A stretch of DNA of 63,098 bases, filler included, from Octopus bimaculoides (Eukaryota): the NCBI RefSeq assembly GCF_001194135.2. It is 7 parts of 5 records of this genome, joined end to end, with 100 filler letters (N's around TTAATTAATTAA, not from the genome) between each part and the next. Parts side by side here need not be neighbours in the genome. Positions count along the whole stretch, not along the records: positions 38,001 to 59,391 come from NC_068993.1; positions 59,492 to 61,642 come from NC_068986.1; positions 61,743 to 63,098 come from NC_068983.1; 4 more parts are not named here. One strand, 5' to 3'. Position numbers and translations under genes: made by a program. Positions 48,888 to 61,958 of this stretch are shown in pieces. The stretch's first letter is position 1. Every line of letters begins with the position of its first letter. The notes under the pieces are model-generated. The model was not told the origin of the DNA and ran no database searches. It saw only the letters and a list, made by a program, of their open reading frames with translations.

Positions 48888-51455
48888 ATATTTTTGGACT
48901 AATGGGAATATGTTGGTTAGTGTGTTAAGTAGAACACTGGCACGGTTTGTACCACCTGGTGTCATCTGTATTTGGGGTATATTACCGTTGCATCTACTTC
49001 AGGAATTCCCCAGTGTTANNNNNNNNNNNNNNNNNNNNNNNNNNNNNNNNNNNNNNNNNNNNNNNNNNNNNNNNNNNNNNNNNNNNNNNNNNNNNNNNNN
49101 NNNNNNNNNNNNNNNNNNNNNNNNNNNNNNNNNNNNNNNNNNNNNNNNNNNNNNNNNNNNNNNNNNNNNNNNNNNNNNNNNNNNNNNNNNNNNNNNNNNN
49201 NNNNNNNNNNNNNNNNNNNNNNNNNNNNNNNNNNNNNNNNNNNNNNNNNNNNNNNNNNNNNNNNNNNNNNNNNNNNNNNNNNNNNNNNNNNNNNNNNNNN
49301 NNNNNNNNNNNNNNNNNNNNNNNNNNNNNNNNNNNNNNNNNNNNNNNNNNNNNNNNNNNNNNNNNNNNNNNNNNNNNNNNNNNNNNNNNNNNNNNNNNNN
49401 NNNNNNNNNNNNNNNNNNNNNNNNNNNNNNNNNNNNNNNNNNNNNNNNNNNNNNNNNNNNNNNNNNNNNNNNNNNNNNNNNNNNNNNNNNNNNNNNNNNN
49501 NNNNNNNNNNNNNNNNNNNNNNNNNNNNNNNNNNNNCTCCCCCTCTCCCCCCTCTCTCAACCTCCTTCTTTTCTATCTGCTGCCAATATATGACCTGTGA
49601 AAGGTCACGCGTATCTGCGACTTAATTGTCAGGTCGTGTCTCCATCAATCGCTTTTTTTCAAGCTCTAATGGCTAAGTTGTTTCTGAGAAAGCCTTGAGA
49701 CGTCAGAAGAAATCCGATATTCCAACTCCTATGTTGACTTACTCCCATTCTTCCCTGTTCCCTCTGCCGCTCTCCCTGTTTCTCACGTCTGAGTAATAGT
49801 GTCCTTGTTTCCATGCCGACCCCAGACCACCTGTAATATAGGCACCACATTCCTAAATGGCCAAGCTGGTTTGCGAAAGTGTAGGAAAAGCTACCTCTTT
49901 GTTTTAAGCGTTGGTGACTCGAAGTTTTAGACCTGTTTGTTCTGGGAACGTCCTTTGTCAAGGATGTAGTGCACCTTTATTAAGGATTTTCGACTGCAAA
50001 TTCTTCCTAACACAGGCGTTCTGTGTACACTTTTGATGTAGTTTGTATCATCAGTCATAATGATACAAACTACATCAGAAATGCACACAGAACGTATGTG
50101 TTTAGGGGTAGTCATCTTGCATTTTACCGCCTCTGTTGTCTGCAGATTTCGTATCAACTCTCTCTTGTCCTTCAAAGCAGGAGAGAACTTGTACAGAATT
50201 AATTGAAATTTATTAGTTTCTTCGACACAATGTCTGAAATTTGGAGCAAGAAAACACCAATTATATCTTTATTTCATGTACCTGGTACTTATTTTATCGA
50301 CCACAGAAGAATGCAAGTCAAAGTCGATGCCTACGATATTTGAACTAAGAACGTAAAGTACTGCGTTAGATCAAGCAGGACATTCTTTCGATACTCATCC
50401 AGCGCCTTTAATAGTAATATATGTTATGAATGTAATAATTTATCAAAGCCATTATACATGTACATGTACTTGCGGTAGGTAAACAAAATTCATAGAGCTA
50501 TGAGTGATTGTTAATTTCAGTAAACAAAGGAAAAAGTTGAAAAACAAAGCAAAAAAAAAAAAAGAATAAAAGAACGAAAACAAAAGAAATAAATTGACTG
50601 TTACACAATTTATGCAAAAAAACTTTATCGCTTACGCAAGCATTTGATTCAGAATATTATTTTATGCAAGGTTGAACTCAAAACACACGCCAAGGTAGAC
50701 ATTTATGCGGAGACACGACCAGCTAAAGCGCACCATTACAAATCCTTTACTACCATGTTATATAAAAAGAAAACAAAACAAATAATGCAATAATACAAAG
50801 TCGTTTGTGTGTTGTACTTGTGAAAAGGACATGATGGTCGCGGGTAGAACACTTTTGATCATAAATGTGCTTGATCAACGACTCAGTCTATCAGGGGCTC
50901 TCACTCTCTGTCTGTCTGTCTGTCTCTTTCTCGGACTGTCTTTGCACAGGGTACATCCGGACTCCCGCCTTCGCCGCGAACAAGAATTAATCTTCTTTCT
51001 TTACTTCTTTGCGCCACATGGGCTCAACTTACCTCCTCTCTTCATTTGATACCAACCCCACACCACTCCATGTATATGTACATTAATCATCTACAATCAA
51101 GAAATGTTCTCGCTTTAATATTTCACAATTTATATTTCACATTTCAATATCCATTGTAATCTTGAATATTCATTAATTTGACATTTCTCAGTTGTCATAA
51201 AACTTACGATTATGCAAACGGTTTTACGTTGACATGTACAAATTCTTATCTCACATTCCTTATAGTTCATCTCCCTCCTTCTTCTCTGCTTAACTCCATT
51301 TTCCCGCAAGAAAAATTAATAGAAAAAAAGAATTCTCCTCACCCAAGGTAACAAAGAACTTACTAGATCTATTAACTAAAATATATATTATTAAAAAAAA
51401 AAATAATTAAACTGATTAGAACCGTCAGTGAAGTCATTCTTTTTCTTTTTTCAAA

Positions 51456-52032
51456 GGCGCAGGAGTGGCTGTGTGGTAAGTAGCTTGCTTACCAACCATA
51501 TNNNNNNNNNNNNNNNNNNNNNNNNNNNNNNNNNNNNNNNNNNNNNNNNNNNNNNNNNNNNNNNNNNNNNNNNNNNNNNNNNNNNNNNNNNNNNNNNNNN
51601 NNNNNNNNNNNNNNNNNNNNNNNNNNNNNNNNNNATATATATATATATATATAGTTGGAATTTACAAAATCAAAAGACGAAGACAGGTATGTAAACAACA
51701 AACAGGTGCATTAGTTTAACGCTCGGGAAGGTGAGAAAGTCTTTTACGTTTCGAGCCTACGCTCTTCGACAGAAAGGAACACGAAGAAATAAATCGTGAA
51801 AGAATAAAAAAGAAAGCTTTAGTAGCCAGCGGTCAATCTGTCTGTGTTTGTCCCCCAGCCATCGCTTGACAACAAATGTTGGTGTGTCTACGTCCCCGTA
51901 ACTTAACGGTTCGGCAAAAGAGGCCGATAGAATAAGCACTAGGCTTACAAAGAATAAGTTCTGGGGTCGATTTGTTCGACTAAAGGCGGTGCTCCAGCAT
52001 GGCCACAGTCAAATGACTGAAACAAATAAAAG
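51456..52032 (+). mobile_element. SINE family A interrupted in its central (TA)n by an unrelated repeat (about 51655-51815)
   Basis: Head at 51456-51498, then gap, (TA)n and insert, then the family A 3' half at 51835-52032. Confidence 0.75.
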
Positions 52033-52068
52033 AATATATATATATTATATACACACACATACACACAC

Positions 52069-52262
52069 TTGTTTGAGTCATTTGACTACAGCCATGCTGG
52101 AGCACCGCCTTCAGTCGAAGAAATCGAACCCAGGACTTATTCTTTGTAGACCTGACTCTTATACTATCGATCTGTTTTGTCGAACCGCTAAGCTTCGGCG
52201 TTCGTTGTCAACCGATGGTGGGGGCCAAAAATCGATTGCCAACCGATGGTGGGGTACAAACA
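52069..52262 (-). mobile_element. SINE family A 3' half, inverted relative to the preceding copy
   Basis: GTTTGAGTCATTTGACTACAGCCATGCTGGAGCACCGCC is the reverse complement of 51985-52023. Confidence 0.85.
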
Positions 52263-53305
52263 CACACACACACACACACACACTTGTGTGTATTAACAGT
52301 AATAATGAGTATGAAAATACACAAAACTTATTTCTAGCATATTACAATGACCTCGACGTGTTTTCACTGCAGCGACTGCACATTGTCTGCACATTGTCGC
52401 CAATACAACCTTGCAATGTTATCAAGGCAGTTCCACAAGGATCTGTCCCTTTGGGTTTCGTCGAAGTGAAGTGGTTGAAGTAAATATTTCTCAGTTAGTG
52501 CCCTGTGGGAGGGAGGTAGGTGTGCTGTTATCAGTATATGATGCGAACCTTGATTTCACCTGGTCGCTGCCTGAAGCTGAGCTTGGTCTTAAAATAGGTG
52601 AAGGTTGAAGCTTTTCGTTCTTCGATCGTCTTAATAGCTGTGTGTGTTTTTGTTCGACGCTCTGACGATTTCACAAAATAAAAACGGTTTGTAACATTAA
52701 CACGATGCTTCCGATATAGGGGATGGGTTGATCTGTGCCGTGTTTTATATATAAAGCTACACACATACATCTTACTTCATGTGTGTGTGTGCGCGTGCGC
52801 ACGCATAGAGGGATTTCAACTACATATGTATAAAGTGACAGAGTTAAACAGTCAAGTAATTGGTTAGCATCATCTAAACAGACTCAGATATACATTACAG
52901 TTTTTGGATTATTAATATCATTTCTAACATTGTACATATGTACACGCACGCACACACACACACACACACACATACACACACACACACACACACACANNNN
53001 NNNNNNNNNNNNNNNNNNNNNNNNNNNNNNNNNNNNNNNNNNNNNNNNNNNNNNNNNNNNNNNNNNNNNNNNNNNNNNNNNNNNNNNNNNNNNNNNNNNN
53101 NNNNNNNNNNNNNNNNNNNNNNNNNNNNNNNNNNNNNNNNNNNNNNNNNNNNNNNNNNNNNNNNNNNNNNNNNNNNNNNNNNNNNNNNNNNNNNNNNNNN
53201 NNNNNNNNNNNNNNNNNNNNNNNNNNNNNNNNNNNNNNNNNNNNNNNNNNNNNNNNNNNNNNNNNNNNNNNNNNNNNNNNNNNNNNNNNNNNNNNNNNNN
53301 NNNNN

Positions 53306-53590
53306 TTATCTCTCACTTGTTACAATCACTAGACCGCGGCCATGCTGGAGCACTGCTTTAAAAATTTTTTAGTCGAATGAATCGATCCGAGTACTTATTT
53401 GTTTTTAAGCCTTATTTGTTCTTAAGAGTCACCCTATCAGTGACTCTTGCCGAACTGCTAAGTTATGGAGACGTAGCACACTACTGGTTGTCATGTGGTT
53501 GGTGGGGGAGAAATACACCCTTCCCCCCCCACCCACATTCACGACGGGCTTCTTTCGGTTTCCATCTACCAAATTCACTCACAAAGCGTT
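53306..53590 (-). mobile_element. SINE family A, degenerate
   Basis: Tail and core are recognisable on the minus strand. Confidence 0.75.
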
Positions 53591-53606
53591 GTTTAATATC
53601 TAATTA

Positions 53607-53798
53607 AGGCGGCGAGCTGGGCGAAATGCTTACCGGTATTTCGTCTGTCTTTACGTTCTGAGTTCAAATTACGCCTAGGTCGATTTTGCCTTTCATCCTT
53701 TCGGAGTCGGTAAATTAAGTACCAGTTGTGTACCGGGGTTGATCTAATCGACTGGCCCCTCCCCAAAAATGTCGGGCCTTGTGCCTTGAGTAGAAAAG
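53607..53798 (+). mobile_element. SINE family B with a probable 12-bp TSD
   Basis: AATATCTAATTA (53595-53606) versus AATATTTAATTA (53799-53810). Confidence 0.85.
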
Positions 53799-54719
53799 AA
53801 TATTTAATTAAATTACAACAGAAGAAGGCAGCTCGAGGCCGTCATAGCCGGCATTCCTGTTATGTTCAACACAACACAGATCAGCCCATCTCCTAAATCG
53901 GAGGCATCGTGTTCATGTTACGAAGCATCATTTTGCGAAATCGTTAGAGCGTCGAACAAAATGCTTTATTCTATTTACTTACAGCGCCTTACATGCCGAT
54001 TTCAAATCCCGTTCAGACTCGTTTTGCTTCTCTTCGCTCTGGAGTCGATAACAAATCGGTTAAATACTAGATTGATTTTATCGATTACCTTATCCCATCC
54101 GGTTAATGTTTACAATATTACCTTGAAACGAAATATAAAAAATAGTGCAACGGATGTAAAAGAAATGTGTAGGAAACAAATATGAAAACAAAAATGCGCG
54201 GAAAGCAACGGGGTGGGGAGGGAGAGGACTTCGGAAAATTCACAAGATCCGAATTTTTCCCTCATAACTTTTAGGAATTTCTTTTTTTTAAATAAAATTT
54301 TATATAAATACCTTTCAAACGGCATAGATTACGATTATGAAGAAAATTGTGAGTAAAATCTTTTCGGAAGGGGTGGGGAGAGGACTTCGGAAAATTCACA
54401 AGATCCGATTTTTTCTCTCGTAACTTTAAGGAAAATGGATATCTTTTAATGAAATTGTATATACCTTTCAAGGGGCATGCATTACGTATGCCTAATGTGC
54501 TGAAAACCCCTTATTTTTGTTCGGAAAAAGAGATGGGGGAGAAACCGGAATTATTAGAAAATGCTTTTCTTTTTCGATGAATGAATTACGGTGGCCTAAT
54601 ATGCCACAATCAGCCATCTGGGATTAATATATCCAATGATGTTTAAGAGGTATGTAAAAGATATTTTGTTTTAATGTTCGTTTAGTCGTTCCGCAATGCG
54701 CCTAGATGTTTCCGCTATG

Positions 54720-54763
<44 letters not shown>

Positions 54764-55337
54764 CGTGGTTTTGGTAAGGATTTTGTATCATTCTTTCTCT
54801 CTCCTGTTCAGACTTCATTACCACTAATTTTTATAACTTCAGCATTTTCACTTATTATTCTTTTCAAACTTGTTTGAATTTTCAATCTAATGTAATCCAC
54901 ACTCCAGAAAACGTATTTCTGCAAAATGTTATCTTAAAATATGGGTAAAGAAAAGGGGCTAATGCAGTTTCNNNNNNNNNNNNNNNNNNNNNNNNNNNNN
55001 NNNNNNNNNNNNNNNNNNNNNNNNNNNNNNNNNNNNNNNNNNNNNNNNNNNNNNNNNNNNNNNNNNNNNNNNNNNNNNNNNNNNNNNNNNNNNNNNNNNN
55101 NNNNNNNNNNNNNNNNNNNNNNNNNNNNNNNNNNNNNNNNNNNNNNNNNNNNNNNNNNNNNNNNNNNNNNNNNNNNNNNNNNNNNNNNNNNNNNNNNNNN
55201 NNNNNNNNNNNNNNNNNNNNNNNNNNNNNNNNNNNNNNNNNNNNNNNNNNNNNNNNNNNNNNNNNNNNNNNNNNNNNNNNNNNNNNNNNNNNNNNNNNNN
55301 NNNNNNNNNNNNNNNNNNNNNNNNNNNNNNNNNNNNC

Positions 55338-55600
55338 GGAAACTGAAAGAAGCCCGTCGTATATATATATATATGTATGTATGTATGTGTTTGTGTGTCT
55401 GTGTTTGTCCCCCCAACATCGCTTGACAACCGATGCTGGTGTGTTTATGTCCCCGTAACTTTGCGGTTCGGCAAAAGAGACCGATAGAATAAGTACTAGG
55501 CTTCTAAAGAATAAGTCCTGGGGTCGATTTGCTCGACTAAAGGCGGTGCTCCAGCATGGCCGCAGTTAAAAGACTGAAACAAGTAAAAGAGTAAAAGAGT
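55338..55600 (+). mobile_element. SINE family A (5' part in gap)
   Basis: Near-consensus tail ending AGTAAAAGAGTAAAAGAGT. Confidence 0.88.
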
Positions 55601-55842
55601 ATATATATAGTAATTATCAAATTACTACTAATTGTAATTATTAAAATACTGCTAATTATAATTATAGTACTAATTTTGATGTCGTTTAACTACTTAACTG
55701 CCTGCCTGTTAACTGACAGCCTTATAAACCTATTTTAGTTGGCAGCATTCCGTCATTACATCTTCACATCCTGTTTGTGTGGGAGGAGGAGAACATATGT
55801 CTCCATTTATTTCCTCTTTCCTCAAGACTTAATTCTCGTCAA

Positions 55843-56150
55843 CTAACCGGTACTCCGTCGGTTATGACGATGAGGGTCCCAGTTGATCCGATCAACCGAA
55901 CAGCATGCTCATGAAATTAACCGAAAAGTGGTTGAGCATTTTTACAGACACTCGTACCTTTAATGTAGATCTCAGGTTGATTCGATGTGGCATGGAATGT
56001 AACATAGCTGGCCCCCTTTGAATTACAGGTACAACTCTCATTTTTGCCAGCTGAGTGGACTGCAGCAACGAGAAATAAAGTGCCTTGTTCAAGGACACAG
56101 CGCACCGCCAGGTACCAAACTCATAACTTTACGATCTTGAACCGAATACT
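55843..56150 (-). mobile_element. SINE family C
   Basis: Homologous to 5681-5861, extending through the tail (GTTGATCCGATCAACCGAACAGC). Confidence 0.82.
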
Positions 56151-56974
56151 TACTCACCTACCCGCAAAGCTATATCCAACGTAGTGCTGTCTTGTGGTAT
56201 GGACACTCTGGGTTGTTACCTGGACACCTCCAGGACCCAGGGGTCCAATTCTGATCTGTGCATATAGTGGCTATCAATAAATAAACTCTATAGGACCCAA
56301 TGCTTTGATTTGTCTGGGAGCCTCTTGGCTGTAGGGGCCCAATTCTTATCTGTGTCTACTGTGGCGTGCATTGATTTGCCTTGGGTCCCTATAATGCGGT
56401 TAAGATGGTCTGGGTCCAATAACCAAACATGGTAATATTGATAATTGGTTCTGATTTAGATACAAGGACAACAATTTTGAGGGGGTGGGTGGTTTATCGA
56501 ATCTATTGACTCCAGTATATGACAAATACTTTATCGATTCCGGAAGGAGGGAAAAACAAACTCGACCTCGACGAATCAGAAGGTAAAGAGTCGAGAAATA
56601 AATCGCTATTTATCCAACTCCGTCTTATACATGAAATCCATTTGTTATATCTTACATAAAATATTTTGTTGTGTAATCATAATGATTTTAATAATCATAT
56701 CAAAGACTTCCAACATTATATTTTAATTGATTAATAAAGATCATATTTTGTGGGAAGAATTGTAATCAAACTAAATCAAAACTTTATTTTATTGACATCA
56801 AAAGGACGAAAGAAATAAATATTAAAAGCCAAGGGGACATAACTGAAAGCGAGCTACCGAGTTACTTCCCTGTATTCACAAGAGATGGAAAACAGGGAGC
56901 TGAATCGGATGCTGGGACAACAACGCGCAGAGCTCCAGCATTCGATCCTCAGAAGAGGAGAGGTCAATGGAAAG

Positions 56975-57031
<57 letters not shown>

Positions 57032-57118
57032 TAGTTCTTGATACACCTAAAAACATGAGATGGTAATGGGTTTGCCTAATTAAACCTGACCTGCAGTTAA
57101 ACAACAGTAGTAATAACA

Positions 57119-57538
57119 ATGACACAAACAATCAATTTATCTAGAATCTCTCTTCTCGTTTCAGAGACAACACATACAGAGACTATTGAAACGTTGCTGA
57201 AGCAATGTGGCGGTTTCGGTCCCTATCAGAAGAAAATCGTTTCTTTACTTGTCTTGTTTTTCCTCCTCAGTCCTCTACAAACCATGAGTATGGCATTTAT
57301 CGGGGCCAAAGTTCCTTTTTCTTGTACTCCTCCGAATTTCAATTCTTCACTCGTGCCAAGAAATTTTAGTATAAAAACCTTCAAAAATTTGCTGTCACCG
57401 GAAGATGATAGATGTTCTGTTTATGAAATTAACATGGATGGGGATTATTACCAAATACCAACAAAGAATTCAACAAGAATGCAATGTAGCCAAAACAGAG
57501 AATTTTATACTGAAGATATATCAACGGTTGTATCGGAG
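57119..57538 (+). CDS. SLC22 / organic cation transporter-like protein, first recognisable coding exon (TM1 plus large extracellular loop)
   Basis: ETLLKQCGGFGPYQKK..TM1..FIGAKVPFSC..DDRCSVY..MQC..ISTVVSE, with N-glycosylation sequons NSS, NFS and NST; donor GAG|GTAAGT at 57539. The true start may be the ATG at 57119 or an upstream exon spliced at 57165. Confidence 0.9.
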
Positions 57539-58707
57539 GTAAGTGTTGAATTTTTGTCTGTAATATCAAACTAAATATTAGATTGAAACTATCACAAGAT
57601 TTTTACAAGACCACATGGTCATTGGGTTCCTTTAAAGTAACCATTCTGTTGAGTGGATTTAGAGTAGCATTCCAGTCCGAGGATAACCGATGAATCGCGA
57701 AATTTATGTTCTTTAAGTAAAAGATGAAGAATTTCAGGAAAGAGTCGAGCAATTTAATTGTATACAATACCTGTGTTATCAAATTCGCAAAATAATGACA
57801 TATTTTCAAAATTTTATCCCGGGACACAAAAATATATTTCAAAAATAAAATAAAATAAAATAAAATAAATTAATAATAAAATTTTCACTCATTTGAAAAT
57901 AATTTTACTATTAAAAAATTACTTGTAATTAATACCAGTAATTAATAGCGACACTTAGCAGATGATTCTGCCTTTTTTTTTTTACTCATAATTTCATGTC
58001 CATGTTTTGTTTCAAAAGGTTTTGGAAAATTATAGAAATCGTTTTATAAGCAAAAATTCTCAGAAGTAAACTGCTTCGTTCTTTGGAACTGCAAAAAAAA
58101 AAAAAAAAAAAAAAGAAAAAAAAAAGAGAAATCTAAAGTTTGCCTTTTTTTAATAATTGCAACGGTTTTCGAATTTACAATCTTTGAAGCTGAATCCCAT
58201 GCTAACAAGAAAACAACAGCTGACCATATTTTATAAACGGTCAATTCAATATGTTGCCATTCCTCATAATTATAATCCTGTTAGAGGAATAAATTAAAAG
58301 ATTTCACATGCTGATTTTTATAATTTCCTTTCTATGTTAACTGTGAGAGGATAAAAATTGTGGTACGATTCAAGATTTTAGCCGCTACTTCTGGAAATTA
58401 CAGCTCAAGTAATGAGGTTTGGAAATTCTATCCAATACCTATTGCTAACATTTTATCAAGTCCAGGACTGGAACATCCAATCAAAAGCAAAATATAAGAT
58501 TAAACACCGCTAGACTTTTTATATGATTCTCTTACACCACTACGTTCCTCTCAGTGATAATTTCTAACATAAGCAAAATATCACAAGTTTTATAGAGGAA
58601 AAAATGCATTAAACTGGTCTCTTCAATATTAATGAAAAACACAATTTAGAAAATAAACAACTTTGTTAATTTGTTTTCTTCCTAAAGGATTTCTCTTTCT
58701 TTCTCAG

Positions 58708-58811
58708 TTCAACTTAGTTTGTGAGAGAAGATGGCTGAAGAGCTGTTCAAAGTCAGTGTTTTTTGCTGGTCGTCTGTTTGGTGCATTTGTATTTGGGATC
58801 TTAGCAGACAG
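58708..58811 (+). CDS. SLC22 / organic cation transporter-like protein, next exon (104 nt)
   Basis: ttctctttctttctcag|FNLVCERRWLKSCSKSVFFAGRLFGAFVFGILADR|gtagat contains the SLC22 'FNLVC' and MFS 'G.L.DR' motifs; phase 0 to 2, as in animal SLC22 genes. Confidence 0.92.
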
Positions 58812-60249
58812 GTAGATATACATCGAAATCTTTTTTTAATTATCATATTTGATGAACAACAACGACCTTGGTTGAAGCTTCTCAACAGACCAATCGCTAA
58901 TTCACTGCATTTCTGACAGTTAGAAATACAAAAGTGTGTGTGTGTGTGTGTGCGCACGCACGTGCTTGAGTGTGCAATTTGAGTGAAACAAGGAACAAAA
59001 AGTATTTTGGATTGAAAGGGCAAGTTTATCATTGTTTTTGTTGATATTTAGGAATTTCACCGAAAGGCACACACACACACACACATATACACACATGCGC
59101 ACACACCCTGACAAATACTAATCACACACATACACAAATGTGCACACATATACTCACACCATCCTACCAAATATAAAACACAAGCACATGTATATATATA
59201 TACACACGCACACACACATAGAGACGTGCACAGAGACACACACACTCACACAGTTCCGACCTCTAAGAGGTCAGAATGGTGTGAGCCACTTGCACGTTAA
59301 TTTCACGAGCAGGCAGTTCCGTTGATCGGATCAACTGGAACCCTCATCTGTATGTATGTATATATATATATACATATATACATATATATATNNNNNNNNN
59401 NNNNNNNNNNNNNNNNNNNNNNNNNNNNNNNNNNNTTAATTAATTAANNNNNNNNNNNNNNNNNNNNNNNNNNNNNNNNNNNNNNNNNNNNATCAACATA
59501 CAGACGGATAGGTACATAGGTTATATAAACAGACAAGCACACACACATAAGCAAATGGAGACTGAAACACATGACCATATATATATACACACACTTTACT
59601 TCAGACAAGGACACATATGGAGACACGTGTCCACACATATGGAGATGCACATCCATACATACAAACACGGTATATAGTTGCAAAACACACACAGAGAGAC
59701 ATGCACATACAGAAACATGCACACACAGAGACATGCACACACAGAGACATGCACACATACATACATAAAAAATACACAAACACGGACATGCAAGCACATG
59801 AATATGCAGAATACATACATACATATGCACGCACATACATAAATATATACATATGCATGCACGCACATATATACATACACACACATGTATACATACATAC
59901 ATGCATGCATAGGCACACACACACACGCACACACGCACGCACGCACACAAACACACACACACACGCACACAAACACACACACACACACACACTAACCCAC
60001 AGACATGCGCACAAACAGACAAAAAGGACCGCAGTGTAAATAACGGACAGAGTCAAGACTATTGAAAAGGTTGCAAGACACATCGAAAATTTTAGGAAAA
60101 TAAAAATAAGAAATAAGTGGAAATTTTACCGGTGAGTGTCTTAAATTATAAGGCACAAAAAGAAAGTGACTCTCCCAAGACACAATAGAATATGCTTCAA
60201 CCAAATCCAAACCAAATCCCAAAACGAAATACATATACATATATATGTG

Positions 60250-60330
<81 letters not shown>

Positions 60331-61497
60331 TGTTTCAAATATGAATTAGAAGCAGCTCGAGAAATATAAACAATATCGAACATACAACCACAGAGTATGT
60401 GCTTTGTTAGTTCGTGGGTAGGCTGCGTATATAGGCGTAAGAGAATATATTCTTAGCAATGCCCCTGGTGTTAAAACACCTGGAAGTCATAGACAAGTAA
60501 GTTAACTGGCATCAGGTCCCATTCAGGAGCGATAGACATCGATGTTTCGTCATTTTTGTGACTTGTCAATACTACGTACCCGAATGAGGCCCGATGCAAG
60601 TTAAATCACTGTCTATGACTATATGCAAAACAGTGTAAGAATCATCTGCTGATTCATACCATTCAAACCATACATCTGCTGATTCATACCAACGTTTCAT
60701 ACAACGGAAAAAATTCAAATATGAATTAGAAGCAACTCAAGAGATATAAACAATATCGAACATACATACACAGGGTAAGTGTTTTGCTACTTCGAAGGTA
60801 GGTTACGCCTATAGGTGTAAGAGAATATATTCTCATCAAAGCACCTGATGTTAAAACACCTTGAAATCATAGGCAAGCGAGATAATATTTGATATTACTA
60901 GTGGCTGTTTATCCACGAAGGCAAAAGTATACTTCCAATGTTGTCCGTCATATGACGGGTAGCTCTCTAGTATATGTATGAAATAGCCAATGTAAATGTT
61001 GTTTATATGGATGTTTCTCCTATCACATTTTACGTCATGTTCAAATAACGAAAGAGAAAGTGAAAGTAAGATACAAAGAAAGTCACGTAAAAGGTACAGA
61101 CTGAGTGTCTTATAATTTTCTAAAAAATGTTAATGAAATTTTGCGGAGATAAGTTTTCGATGGAGTAGATTGTGATTATGTTGATAACATTTAGACAAAT
61201 TCCATAAATTTATCGCAAATAAACATGAGAAATTTGTTTTAGCTAATTTTATTTTATTTTAAGGCAATAGATATTTTTCTTTCGAAAATTTGTATTCATT
61301 TCATTATATTGAACAAGCGCAAAAAATTTGATAAAAGTCAAATTATAATTATTTTATATAAGCCACCTTTGCTAATGTACCCATGGTGGGAAAAATACTC
61401 TTCCAAAAATTACTCATCATATAACGATAAACACTCTCATATATATGTATGTATGTATGTATAAACATATTATATACACACACACATATATATATAT

Positions 61498-61567
<70 letters not shown>

Positions 61568-61742
61568 GCATACATATATATCTACATACATATACTCATA
61601 TCTGTATCTAAGTATGTATATACTCATATATAATATATATATNNNNNNNNNNNNNNNNNNNNNNNNNNNNNNNNNNNNNNNNNNNNTTAATTAATTAANN
61701 NNNNNNNNNNNNNNNNNNNNNNNNNNNNNNNNNNNNNNNNNN

Positions 61743-61958
61743 TGGCGAACCCTGCTGTACTCTTTCACCACAACTTTCTCTCACTCTTTCTTCCTGTTTC
61801 TGCTGTACCTGTATTTAAAAGGGCCACCCTTGTCACACACTGTGCCACGCTGAATCTCTCCAAGAACTATGATAAGGGTACACGTGTCTGTGGAGTGCTC
61901 AGCCACTTGCACATTAATTTCACGTGCAAGCTGTTCCGTTGATCGGATCAACTGGAAC
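61743..61958 (+). mobile_element. SINE family D/C 3' part
   Basis: Homologous to 42862-43020; another tail fragment lies at about 59268-59350. Confidence 0.82.

Noticed and set aside
52395-52460. NVIKAVPQGSVPL resembling the reverse-transcriptase GVPQGS motif
   Set aside because: Too short and without neighbouring RT motifs; at most a tiny LINE relic.
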